From positions 23,821 to 87,820 of the forward strand of contig JAFYPA010000057.1 in NCBI GenBank assembly GCA_017560085.1: DNA of 64,000 nt. The letters are read 5' to 3'. Every line of letters begins with the position of its first letter. The stretch's first letter is position 1. This document shows, in pieces, positions 48,194 to 57,098 of this stretch. Made by a program: the position numbers and the translations under genes. Under the pieces are notes generated by a model. That model was not told the DNA's origin. It made no database searches and saw only the letters and a list, made by a program, of their open reading frames with translations. This stretch comes from Clostridia bacterium (GTDB lineage: Bacteria; Bacillota; Clostridia; Oscillospirales; CAG-382).

Positions 48194-48574
48194 TTGTATT
48201 TGACAAGTAAATCGGAAAATATCAATATCATAAAGGAAAACACATCTAAAATCGCTGAATGGCTGTCCCGAAACCGAAATGTCGAAAGAGTATTTTTTGA
48301 TAAGTCGAGTGAATTCGGAAATGTAATCTGCTTCAGACTGAAATTCGCAACTCTTGCCGAAAATTTCCTGAGCGGCGGCGACACAATCGGATTTTCGGTT
48401 TATCCCGATGTCACTGGAGAAAAAACCTCGGTTACATATCCTTTTATCTCGGAAAGGAATTACGGACATAATACACCTTGCGACGATGAAAAAATAATCC
48501 TTATTTCGGTCGGAGCGGAAGACTTTGAAGAAATAATAGCTGACCTTGAAAGAATACTCGGTAAAAATTTATGA
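48194..48574 (+). pseudogene. Orphan C-terminal-domain fragment of a Cys/Met-metabolism PLP-dependent enzyme (cystathionine lyase/synthase, O-acylhomoserine sulfhydrylase family)
   Basis: 126 aa, starting at TTG. ENTSKIAEWLSRNRNVERVFF, FGNVICFRLK and the terminal IILISVGAEDFEEIIADLERIL mirror the C-terminal domain of the family (canonical ..RLSVGIED..DLI.DL..AL). The whole N-terminal PLP-lysine domain is absent and no upstream frame supplies it. Confidence 0.55.
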
Positions 48575-48611
48575 TGTTATTCCATTTTGAATTTCGGGAG
48601 GGAAATATGGC

Positions 48612-50015
48612 TTGAAGCTTTCGTTTTTACTTGACTGTGCCGATATATGTGCAGACGGAAAATGTTTTGACGATGAAATACTCCATATCGAAACAAACAC
48701 ATCAAGAGCAATTGAAATTTCGGACGGGAGCATTCTTTTTATATGCATAAAGGGAGCAAAATACGACACCCACGGCGATATAGATTTGCTTATTCAAAAG
48801 GGTATACGGAACTTTGTTATTCTGCAAGGATATAATGTCACACCCAAATACAAGGACATAAACATCATCAGTTGCGAGGACACAAGAAAAGCCCTTGCGC
48901 TTATGACAAGAGCATTTTGCGGCTTTCCTGACAAGAGACTCTGTACTGTTGCCGTGACGGGCACAAAGGGTAAAACCACCGTTACATATATGCTTGAGAG
49001 TATTCTGCGAGGTGCGGATATAAAATGCGGTATAATCGGAACAAACGGTATTATTTATGACGGTGAATGCTTCTCCTGTGAAAACTCCACACCGGGAAGC
49101 TGTGAATTTTACCTGCATCTTTCGAGGATGGCTGAAAGAGGAATAACTCATGTTGTCTGTGAGGTTACATCTCAGGCACTAAAGCAGTACCGAACTTACG
49201 GCACGGTGTTCGATGTCGGTGCTTTTACAAATATTTTCCCCGACCATATAGGAAAGGACGAGCACGAAAGCTTTGAGGAGTATATGCAATGCAAGGGCAG
49301 GCTTTTTTCGCAGTGTAAGAGGGCGGTAATAAACGCAGACGACGGCTTTTGCTCTTATTATTCCGATATATGCCGTAAAAACGGTGTTCCCTTTGAGCTG
49401 TTTTGTACCTCGGACGGTGCTGACTGCAAAATAAATCTCCCGGGAGAATTTAATAAACAGAACGCCGTATGTGCAAGGAGTATTGCAAGGCTTCTCGGTG
49501 TAAGTGAGGAAAAAATCGCAGAAGGACTTGCTTCTGTCAAGGTCAGCGGAAGATGTGAGCGAGTTGAAAATCCCGCGGGAATTGATATAGTAATCGATTA
49601 CGCCCACAACGGAGAAAGCCTCGAAAATATATTGAAGGCTCTGAAGAAGGAATGCAAGGGCAGGCTCATATGCGTATTCGGTGCGGGCGGTGACAGGTCA
49701 AGGCTACGCAGAAGCGGAATGGGGGAGGCTTCCTCCCTTTTTGCGGACTTTTCTATTGTTACAAGTGATAATCCGAGAAGCGAAAACCCACTGGATATTA
49801 TAATGGATATTGTAAAAGGGATGAAATCCGAACACTATATTGTTATCCCCGAGCGTGAAAAGGCGATTTGTTATGCCCTTGATATGGCAAAAAAAGGCGA
49901 TACCGTCCTTCTTGCGGGAAAGGGAGCACAGAATTATCAGGAAATCTGCGGAGTCAAATACCCCTTCGATGAAAGAATTGCGGTATCGCAGTATTACAGA
50001 AATAAAATAAGATGA
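48612..50015 (+). CDS. murE: UDP-N-acetylmuramoyl-L-alanyl-D-glutamate--2,6-diaminopimelate ligase
   Basis: Mur ligase P-loop VAVTGTKGKTTVTYML, DYAHN, and the DAP-specifying DNPRSE motif. TTG start after GGGAGGG. Confidence 0.88.
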   Translation: MKLSFLLDCADICADGKCFDDEILHIETNTSRAIEISDGSILFICIKGAKYDTHGDIDLLIQKGIRNFVILQGYNVTPKYKDINIISCEDTRKALALMTRAFCGFPDKRLCTVAVTGTKGKTTVTYMLESILRGADIKCGIIGTNGIIYDGECFSCENSTPGSCEFYLHLSRMAERGITHVVCEVTSQALKQYRTYGTVFDVGAFTNIFPDHIGKDEHESFEEYMQCKGRLFSQCKRAVINADDGFCSYYSDICRKNGVPFELFCTSDGADCKINLPGEFNKQNAVCARSIARLLGVSEEKIAEGLASVKVSGRCERVENPAGIDIVIDYAHNGESLENILKALKKECKGRLICVFGAGGDRSRLRRSGMGEASSLFADFSIVTSDNPRSENPLDIIMDIVKGMKSEHYIVIPEREKAICYALDMAKKGDTVLLAGKGAQNYQEICGVKYPFDERIAVSQYYRNKIR

Positions 50016-50017
50016 AA

Positions 50018-50617
50018 TTATTCCACAACTATGCTTCCGAAGAATTCGGGTCTGTGGAAGTCGGGCTTGGGAGTGTCAACTCTGTTCCATGTGATAAAGT
50101 GAGGATTGTCTCCGTCCTGACCGCACTTGTAGAAGTTTGCTATGAATTTGTATCCGCTCTTTAGTTCAAAGTCTCCGTAGACCTTCTTAAGAGCATCATT
50201 GCCTATAATCGCATCCACAACCCACTTGTCCTCGGATTTTGTGACATTGATTATCGGTGAAATTCCGTCCTCGGGAAGGAAATGTGTACGGAGCGGACTT
50301 CTTCCGGGACCGTAGCTGAAAATGTATGCGCCGTTGGAGTTTGCTTCAAGGTTTATGTAGTCCTTGCTCTTTTCGGGGCAAAGGTTGAAGAAGCATTCCA
50401 TACAGCTGTCGGTGTAAACGGGGTCAAAGGGCTTTGTGTATCTTGTGAAGGGCTCCTTTTCGTAGCAGGTGAGTCGGACCACTATGCCCTTGTCGGCGAT
50501 GTAGGTCATCTGTGCTGTCATTCGGGGGGCGTAGGGGTAATTCCAGGTGTTGTTTGCTATTTCCACGGCTTCACACTCCTCGATAGGTGCGCCGAGCTTG
50601 AATCTGTATTCGCTCAT
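50018..50617 (-). CDS. Carbohydrate-binding family 9-like (DOMON-like) domain protein, cytoplasmic
   Basis: 199 aa, no signal peptide. The end pattern ..FYKCGQDGDNPHFITWNRVDTPKPDFHRPEFFG.. recalls CBM9-like proteins. GAAAGGA RBS. The family call is by pattern only. Confidence 0.45.
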   Translation of the reverse strand: MSEYRFKLGAPIEECEAVEIANNTWNYPYAPRMTAQMTYIADKGIVVRLTCYEKEPFTRYTKPFDPVYTDSCMECFFNLCPEKSKDYINLEANSNGAYIFSYGPGRSPLRTHFLPEDGISPIINVTKSEDKWVVDAIIGNDALKKVYGDFELKSGYKFIANFYKCGQDGDNPHFITWNRVDTPKPDFHRPEFFGSIVVE

Positions 50618-50735
50618 TGTTATATTCCTTTCAGAAATAATTATATTTTAAGGTATTATATCACGAACGAGAACTGTTTTCAAGGGATTTTTACAAAATT
50701 ACAGGAAAATAATATGCATTTCAGCAAAAAAATGA

Positions 50736-50764
50736 TTGAAATTTTCGTTTTTATGTGTTATAAT
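50736..50764 (+). promoter_or_regulatory. Sigma-A-type promoter of lipoprotein paralog A
   Basis: TTGAAA (50736-50741), 17-nt spacer, TATAAT (50759-50764). Confidence 0.7.
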
Positions 50765-50800
50765 AATTTAAAATATTCTAATTACGAAAGGAATACAGAA

Positions 50801-52258
50801 ATGAAAAAATCAGCAAGAATATTTGCTCTTGTGCTTTCAGCACTTCTCGCTTGCTCAAGCGTTGCATGTATGAAGGGTGGCAACAATGATGATACCGTCG
50901 TTTCTGACGGAAGTGAAGATGTTGAGAACGTAAACGCTGAGGATGGCGTATTTTCAGTTCCCGAGGGAGTTGCCGAGGGCAAGACCTTCAGCCTTTACAT
51001 CGCAAATCCCGACATCAAGAACAGCTTTATTGCCGAGGAGGAAACAGGTGACGAATTCAACGATTCCGTATATGAGCGTAACAGACTCGTTGAGGAGCAC
51101 ACAGGCGTAGAGCTTAACTTCGTTGCCTCCACAAGAACAAGTAACGGTGCAGACCAGGGTGCGGAAACAAGCCAGATAAGAACATGGATTCAGGCGGGCG
51201 ATAACACATATGATGCTTATCTCCACGTTCAGCACAGCGGTATGCCCACACTTATTGAGGAGGGTATGTTCCTTGACTGGAACGATATTCCCTATGTCAA
51301 TATCGAAAATCCCTGGTGGTATTCCAATGTTCAGAGAGACATCTGCTTCGGCGACAAGATTTTCTGTATGACGGGCGACTATAACTTCAAGTCATTTGCA
51401 AATTCCGAATGTCTTATCTTCAACAAGACTCTCTGCGACGAGCTTGAGCTTGACTATCCTTATCAGCTTGTATTCGACGGCAAGTGGACACACGACAAGT
51501 TCCTTGAGTACATAAGAGCGGCGGGCAAGGACCTTAACGGTGACGGTCTTCTTAAGATTGAGGACGACAGATTCGGATTCTCAGGATGGTCTCCCGAGGT
51601 TGTTTCCGCTTTGTTCTGCGGCTACGGCGGAGCTACACTTCGCAAGGATGACAACAATCTTCCCGTGCTTAATGTAGATAACGAAACAACATACAACGTT
51701 ATTGACAGTATGCTTGAGGTATTCGGTGACGAAAACGCCTTTATTGTAAAAGATAAATACGGCACCGAGGACAGAATGTTCGATGAGGGCAGACTTATGT
51801 TCAACGACTCCTTCCTTTCTGCAGTGCCCGGCACAAGAAAGCTTGAGGATATCGATGTAGGCTTCGTTCCTTATCCGAAACTCGACGAGGATCAGGAGAA
51901 CTATTACTCAAGAACAGCCAATATTTCAGGTCTTACATACATCCCCGTAACCAACGCAGATGTTAACAAGACAGGTGCTGTTCTCGAATCCCTTGCTTAT
52001 TTCTCCAAGGATACTATTCTTCCCACATACTTTGATATCATTCTTACCGTTAAGTCCACCCGTGACGTTGAATCCGAGCAGATGATTCCGATTATCCGTG
52101 AATCCTCAAGATTTATGGACTCTGTTGTAGGCTTCAGCTATCAGAGCATTATCAATGCGAATAACGGTAATACTCTTTCTTCTATGATTGCGGCGAACTC
52201 CGAGGCTTGGCAGATTAAGGTAGATTCTCTTATTGAAACATATTCGGACGACGAATAA
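50801..52258 (+). CDS. Lipoprotein, family-1 (LplA/LipO-like) ABC solute-binding-protein-like, paralog A
   Basis: MKKSARIFALVLSALLAC signal/lipobox, acidic linker, and conserved blocks shared with B-D. The ORF-track entry 50282-52258 is an artefactual 5' extension running antisense through the neighbouring gene. The ATG at 50801 has a GAAAGGAA RBS. Confidence 0.75.
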   Translation: MKKSARIFALVLSALLACSSVACMKGGNNDDTVVSDGSEDVENVNAEDGVFSVPEGVAEGKTFSLYIANPDIKNSFIAEEETGDEFNDSVYERNRLVEEHTGVELNFVASTRTSNGADQGAETSQIRTWIQAGDNTYDAYLHVQHSGMPTLIEEGMFLDWNDIPYVNIENPWWYSNVQRDICFGDKIFCMTGDYNFKSFANSECLIFNKTLCDELELDYPYQLVFDGKWTHDKFLEYIRAAGKDLNGDGLLKIEDDRFGFSGWSPEVVSALFCGYGGATLRKDDNNLPVLNVDNETTYNVIDSMLEVFGDENAFIVKDKYGTEDRMFDEGRLMFNDSFLSAVPGTRKLEDIDVGFVPYPKLDEDQENYYSRTANISGLTYIPVTNADVNKTGAVLESLAYFSKDTILPTYFDIILTVKSTRDVESEQMIPIIRESSRFMDSVVGFSYQSIINANNGNTLSSMIAANSEAWQIKVDSLIETYSDDE

Positions 52259-52267
52259 TTTATGTAT

Positions 52268-52303
52268 AAGGACTGCGGTATTATCTGCGGTCCTTTTGCT
52301 TTA
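52268..52303 (+). terminator. Terminator of paralog A
   Basis: An 11-bp stem, AAGGACTGCGG / CTGCGGTCCTT (two G-U pairs), loop TATTAT, then TTGCTTTAT. Confidence 0.6.
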
Positions 52304-52356
52304 TAACACTATTTTGCTATTTTATGATAGTATATTGTGGATATATCCCGGGAATA

Positions 52357-52385
52357 TTGAAATTTTATTGCTTGTATGTTAGTAT
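52357..52385 (+). promoter_or_regulatory. Promoter of paralog B
   Basis: TTGAAA (52357-52362), 17-nt spacer, TAGTAT (52380-52385). Confidence 0.6.
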
Positions 52386-52423
52386 ATATATGGTAAATTC
52401 TATTTTCGGAAAGGAGTTTTAAC

Positions 52424-53866
52424 ATGAACAAATTCAGAAGAATCTTCGCTCTGCTTCTTGCAAGCATAATTACCGCTTCATCCTGCGTGTCCTGCATAAG
52501 GAAGGAAGAGGAAAAGGAAGAAAAGGAAAGCACCGAAGAAAGCATTGAGGTTCAGAAGGCTACTCTTGATGTTCCCAAGGGAATTGCCGAGGGGAAGACA
52601 TTCAGTATGTATTTTGCAATGCCCACCGTCAAAAGCTCTTACATCGCAAAGGAGGAGACGGGAAGTGAGGTCAATGATGCGGTATATCTGAGAAACAAGC
52701 TTGTAGAGGAGCATACCGGCGTTACACTTGATTTCGTTGCAACCTCAAGAACATCAAACGGCACGGATCAGGATATAGAAAACAATCAGATAAGAACCCT
52801 TATTCAGGCGGGCGACGCTACCTATGATGCCTACATCCACTCACAGAGAACTGCGATGTTTACTCTTATCGAGGAGGAAATGTTTATTGACTGGAACGAG
52901 CTTCCTTATGTAAATCTTGATAACGAATGGTGGTATTCCAATGTAATACGTGACATCTGCTACGGTGATAAGGTATTTGCAATGACGGGTGATTATAACC
53001 TTAATTCCTTTGCCGAAACAGAGTGTCTGCTCTTCAATAAGACAATGCTTGACGAAATCGGGCTTGAATATCCTTATAATATGGTTCTTGACGGAACTTG
53101 GACTCACGACAGGTTTGTCGAATATATCAAGGCGGCGACAAAGGACCTTAACGGTGACGGTCTTATAAAGCGTGATGATGACAGACTCGGCTTTGGTGGC
53201 TGGCAATATGAGCAGGTTGCGGCGCTTTTTGCGGGCTACGGCGGTATTAATATCAAGAAGGACGACAATAATCTTCCCGTGCTTTGTGCTGACGATGAGC
53301 GCAATTACACGGTTATAGACAAAATGCTGGAGGTCTTTGAATGTGACGGCTCGTTCTACGAGGGTGCGACCTACGGTATTGACGACAGAATGTTCCAGGA
53401 GGGAAGACTTCTCTTTAATGACAGCTTCCTTACAGGTGTTGTCAGCGCGAGAAGCATAGAGGAATTTGATGTGGGCTTTATTCCTTATCCAAAGCTTGAC
53501 GAGGATCAGGAGAGTTACCACTCGAGAACAGCGAATGTTTCGGGACTTACATATATTCCCGTTACAAACGACGATTACGAAATGACGGGCGCTGTGCTTG
53601 AGGCTCTTGCTTACTATTCAAGGGACACAATGATGCCCGTTTACTTTGATGTGCTTCTTACAATCAAGTCTACCCGTGACTATGAATCCGAGCAGATGAT
53701 TCCGATTATCCGTAATTCTTCGACATTCCTTGATACTGTAATCGGCTTCTACGGCGCTAATATCGTTTACGCAGGTCAGGGCAATACACTTTCCTCCTAT
53801 ATTGCGGCAAACAAGGATGCATGGCAAATCAAGATGGAGACGCTCGCTGAGCTTTATACCGATTGA
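52424..53866 (+). CDS. Lipoprotein, ABC solute-binding-protein-like, paralog B
   Basis: MNKFRRIFALLLASIITASSC signal/lipobox, Glu/Lys-rich linker, and the same conserved blocks as A, C and D. AAAGGAG RBS. Confidence 0.75.
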   Translation: MNKFRRIFALLLASIITASSCVSCIRKEEEKEEKESTEESIEVQKATLDVPKGIAEGKTFSMYFAMPTVKSSYIAKEETGSEVNDAVYLRNKLVEEHTGVTLDFVATSRTSNGTDQDIENNQIRTLIQAGDATYDAYIHSQRTAMFTLIEEEMFIDWNELPYVNLDNEWWYSNVIRDICYGDKVFAMTGDYNLNSFAETECLLFNKTMLDEIGLEYPYNMVLDGTWTHDRFVEYIKAATKDLNGDGLIKRDDDRLGFGGWQYEQVAALFAGYGGINIKKDDNNLPVLCADDERNYTVIDKMLEVFECDGSFYEGATYGIDDRMFQEGRLLFNDSFLTGVVSARSIEEFDVGFIPYPKLDEDQESYHSRTANVSGLTYIPVTNDDYEMTGAVLEALAYYSRDTMMPVYFDVLLTIKSTRDYESEQMIPIIRNSSTFLDTVIGFYGANIVYAGQGNTLSSYIAANKDAWQIKMETLAELYTD

Positions 53867-53905
53867 AATTCATTAAAGTGATAGCTTTTGTTGGTTAAAT
53901 TTAAT

Positions 53906-53966
53906 AATACGGTGGGTTGATTTTTGGTTATATATACAAAAAGGTATCTGCCGTATTGTTTTTTTC
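53906..53966 (+). terminator. Probable terminator of paralog B (composite hairpin)
   Basis: AATACGG (53906-53912) pairs with CCGTATT (53951-53957), with an inner TTTTTG/CAAAAA pairing, followed by GTTTTTTT. Confidence 0.45.
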
Positions 53967-53984
53967 TTTTGATTGTGATATTAT
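53956..53984 (+). promoter_or_regulatory. Promoter of paralog C (extended -10)
   Basis: TTGTTT (53956-53961), 17-nt spacer ending in TGA, TATTAT (53979-53984). Confidence 0.5.
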
Positions 53985-54015
53985 ATAGTAAATACTTTAA
54001 AGAGAGGTTTTTATT

Positions 54016-55455
54016 ATGAATTCAAAGAGAATTTTCGCACTTCTTCTTTCGGGACTTCTCCTTGCAGGCTCCTTTGCTTCCTGCACAAAGAAGGACAAGG
54101 ACGAGAACAAGGAAGACCTTCCGAAGGTAGAAGCAACCGTTGACGAGAACGTTTTCGAGGTTCCCGAGGGAATTGCGGCTGACAAGACATTCAGTCTTTA
54201 TCTTGCTATGCCCACAGTAAGCAACTCATTTATTGCGAAGGAAGAAACAGGAGGCGACCTTAACGACGCTGTTTATATGAGAAACAGACTTGTTGAGGAG
54301 CATACGGGCGTTACACTCAATTTTGTAAAGACATCCCGTTCCTCAAACGGTAACGACCAGGCTGCTGAAACAGCACAGATTCGTACACTTATTCAGGCGG
54401 GCGACTCTACATACGATGCTTACATCCACGCACAGCATGCCGGTATGCCCACAATTATCGAAGAGGGTATGTTCGTTGACTGGAACGAAATTCCTTACAT
54501 TAACATAGAAAATCCCTGGTGGTACTCCAATGTTCAGAGAGATATCTGCTTCGGCGATAAGATTTTCTGCATGACAGGTGACTACAACCTTAAGTCCTTT
54601 GCTGAAACAGAATGTCTCCTTTTCAACAAGACACTCTGCGACGAGCTCGGTCTTGAATATCCTTACCAGATGGTATTCGACGGAACATGGACTCACGATG
54701 TGTTTGTTGACTACATCAAGAAGGCTACTAAGGACCTCAACGGTGACGGTATCATCAAGCGCGACGACGACAGACTCGGCTTCGGCGGCTGGCAGTACGA
54801 GCAGCTTCAGGCTCTCTTTGCAGGCTACGGCGGTGAGGCTCTCTCCAAGGATGACAACAATATGCCCGTTATCAACATCGACAACGAGCTTACATACACA
54901 ATTGTAGACAAGATGCTTGAGGTATTTGACCTTGAGGGTGCATTCTTCGAAGGCTCCACATACGGTGTTGACGACAAGATGTTCAAGGAAGGCAGACTTC
55001 TCTTCAATGACGCTTTCCTTACATCTGTAGTTGATGCAAGAAGCATCGAGGAAATCGACGTAGGCTTTGTTCCTTATCCCAAGCTTGACCAGGATCAGGA
55101 AAACTACTTCTCCAGAACTGCAAATGTTTCCGGTCTTACATATATCCCCGTTACAAACCAGGATCTTGAAAAGACAGGTGCTGTTCTTGAATCCCTTGCA
55201 TACTTCTCATCCGACACAATCATGCCCGCATTCTTTGACACTGTTCTTACAATCAAGTCCACCCGTGACATTGAATCCGAGCAGATGATTCCGATTATCC
55301 GTCAGTCCTCCAGATTCCTTGACCAGGTTCTCGGATTTACAGGCTCTAACATTGTTACCGCAAAGTCAGGTAACACACTCAGCTCTTTTGTTGCTGCTAA
55401 CATGGATAAGTGGGAGCTCAAGATTGAAACTCTTGCTGAGATTTATGCTGGCTGA
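54016..55455 (+). CDS. Lipoprotein, ABC solute-binding-protein-like, paralog C
   Basis: MNSKRIFALLLSGLLLAGSFASC signal/lipobox, Lys/Asp/Glu linker, conserved blocks. Strongly biased codon usage. Confidence 0.75.
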   Translation: MNSKRIFALLLSGLLLAGSFASCTKKDKDENKEDLPKVEATVDENVFEVPEGIAADKTFSLYLAMPTVSNSFIAKEETGGDLNDAVYMRNRLVEEHTGVTLNFVKTSRSSNGNDQAAETAQIRTLIQAGDSTYDAYIHAQHAGMPTIIEEGMFVDWNEIPYINIENPWWYSNVQRDICFGDKIFCMTGDYNLKSFAETECLLFNKTLCDELGLEYPYQMVFDGTWTHDVFVDYIKKATKDLNGDGIIKRDDDRLGFGGWQYEQLQALFAGYGGEALSKDDNNMPVINIDNELTYTIVDKMLEVFDLEGAFFEGSTYGVDDKMFKEGRLLFNDAFLTSVVDARSIEEIDVGFVPYPKLDQDQENYFSRTANVSGLTYIPVTNQDLEKTGAVLESLAYFSSDTIMPAFFDTVLTIKSTRDIESEQMIPIIRQSSRFLDQVLGFTGSNIVTAKSGNTLSSFVAANMDKWELKIETLAEIYAG

Positions 55456-55473
55456 TTAATTTAAGCTTTTTAG

Positions 55474-55510
55474 AGGCAGATATCCTCGGATATCTGCCTT
55501 TTTATTTTTG
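55474..55510 (+). terminator. Intrinsic terminator of paralog C
   Basis: AGGCAGATATCC, loop TC, GGATATCTGCCT, then TTTTTATTTTTG. Confidence 0.9.
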
Positions 55511-55527
55511 TTTTGTGCAAAAATTAC

Positions 55528-55556
55528 TTGACAAGATTTGTTTTATTTTGTATAAT
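55528..55556 (+). promoter_or_regulatory. Sigma-A consensus promoter of paralog D
   Basis: TTGACA (55528-55533), 17-nt spacer, TATAAT (55551-55556). Confidence 0.8.
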
Positions 55557-55592
55557 ATAGTAAAATAATAATTGTCAGAAAGGAATACAATT

Positions 55593-57050
55593 ATGAAAAC
55601 AAGCAGAATTTTTGCTTTAATTCTTGCAGGTATCTTACTTGCATCCTCATTTACCTCCTGCTCAAAGAAGGATGATGAAAAATCGGAGGACAGCGGTGCA
55701 AATGTTGACGCATCTGCGGTTGTAGGCGAAGACGAAGGCAATTTTGCAGTTCCCGAGGGAGTTGCGGAGGGTAAGGAATTCAACCTTTACATAGCTCTTG
55801 CCTCCTGTAAGCAGTCCTATATCGCAGAGGAGGAAACAGGCGCGGAAATCAATGACGCCGTATATCAGAGAAACGCTCTTACGGAAGAATGGACAGGCGC
55901 AAAGCTTAACTTTGTAGGCTCTACAAGAACCACAAGCGGCGGTGACCAGGGTCTTGAAACAAACCAGCTCCGTACATGGATGCAGGCGGGCGATACCACA
56001 TACGACGCATATGTTCACGTACAGCACACAGGTATGCCTACTCTTATCGAGGAGGGGATGTTTGTTGACTGGAATGAGATTCCCTATATCAACATTGATA
56101 ACCCCTGGTGGTACTCCAATGTTGAAAGAGACATCAGCTTCGGTGACAAGATTTTCTGTATGACAGGTGACTACAACCTCGACTCCTTCTCCAACACAGC
56201 TTGTATTATCTTCAATAAGTCCATGTGTGACGAGCTCGGTCTTGAATATCCTTACCAGATGGTTAAGGACGGCACCTGGACACACGATAAGTTCGTTGAT
56301 TATATCAAGGCTGCTACAAAGGATATCAACGGTGATGGTAAGATGACATATGCCGATGACCGTTACGGCTTCTCCGGTTGGATGTACGAGCAGATTCCCG
56401 CACTCTTTGTAGGCTACGGCGGTGAGGGTATTGTAAAGGACGACAACAACCTTCCCAAGATGAATATTGACAACGAGCTTACATACACAATCGTTGACAA
56501 GATGCTTGAGGTATTCGAGCTTGAGGGCTCCTCCTACATCAGTGTAAACGACGGCAGCGGTCTTGACAACAAGATGTTCAACGAAGGCAGACTTCTCTTT
56601 AATGACTCCTTCTTTGTACACGTTCCCGGTACCCGTGAGCTTGAGGATATGGACGTAGGCTTTGTTCCTTATCCGAAGCTTGACGAGGATCAGGAGAACT
56701 ACTACTCCAGAACCGCAAATGTTTCCGGTCTTACATACATCCCCGTTACAAACACAGACCTTGAAAAGACAGGTGCTGTTCTTGAAACACTTGCATACTT
56801 CTCAGGCGACACAATTCTCTCCACATACTTTGATATCATTCTTACAATCAAGTCCACACGTGATATCGAATCCGAGGAAATGATTCCGATTATCAAGGAC
56901 TCCTCAAGATTTATGGATGCTATCTTCTCCTTCAGCGCAACAAACATCATTACCGCAAAGCAGGGTAATACACTTTCCTCCTATGTTGCGGCTAATATGG
57001 ACGCGTGGGAAACAAGACTCGAATCTCTTATCGAGCTTTACACAGAATAA
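55593..57050 (+). CDS. Lipoprotein, ABC solute-binding-protein-like, paralog D
   Basis: MKTSRIFALILAGILLASSFTSC signal/lipobox. The ATG at 55593 follows AAAGGAA; the ORF-track start at 55572 adds 7 residues before the signal peptide. Conserved blocks as in A-C. Confidence 0.75.
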   Translation: MKTSRIFALILAGILLASSFTSCSKKDDEKSEDSGANVDASAVVGEDEGNFAVPEGVAEGKEFNLYIALASCKQSYIAEEETGAEINDAVYQRNALTEEWTGAKLNFVGSTRTTSGGDQGLETNQLRTWMQAGDTTYDAYVHVQHTGMPTLIEEGMFVDWNEIPYINIDNPWWYSNVERDISFGDKIFCMTGDYNLDSFSNTACIIFNKSMCDELGLEYPYQMVKDGTWTHDKFVDYIKAATKDINGDGKMTYADDRYGFSGWMYEQIPALFVGYGGEGIVKDDNNLPKMNIDNELTYTIVDKMLEVFELEGSSYISVNDGSGLDNKMFNEGRLLFNDSFFVHVPGTRELEDMDVGFVPYPKLDEDQENYYSRTANVSGLTYIPVTNTDLEKTGAVLETLAYFSGDTILSTYFDIILTIKSTRDIESEEMIPIIKDSSRFMDAIFSFSATNIITAKQGNTLSSYVAANMDAWETRLESLIELYTE

Positions 57051-57057
57051 TATTTCC

Positions 57058-57094
57058 GAATTCTCCGTTGAAATATACGGGGAATTCTTTTTTG
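57058..57094 (+). terminator. Intrinsic terminator of paralog D
   Basis: GAATTCTCCG...CGGGGAATTC (one G-U pair), then TTTTTTG. Confidence 0.8.
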
Positions 57095-57098
57095 TATC

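Noticed and set aside
50282-50800. The 5' extension of the ORF-track entry 50282-52258, which gives a 658-aa protein.
   Set aside because: The extension runs antisense through the CBM9-like gene and across the promoter at 50736-50764. A canonical RBS, ATG and lipoprotein signal peptide begin at 50801, matching the three paralogs.
55662-56621. A 319-aa minus-strand ORF inside paralog D, with similar ones at 52841-53521 and 54343-54696 in paralogs B and C.
   Set aside because: They are antisense shadows of the lipoprotein genes, with no independent signals and low-complexity translations.
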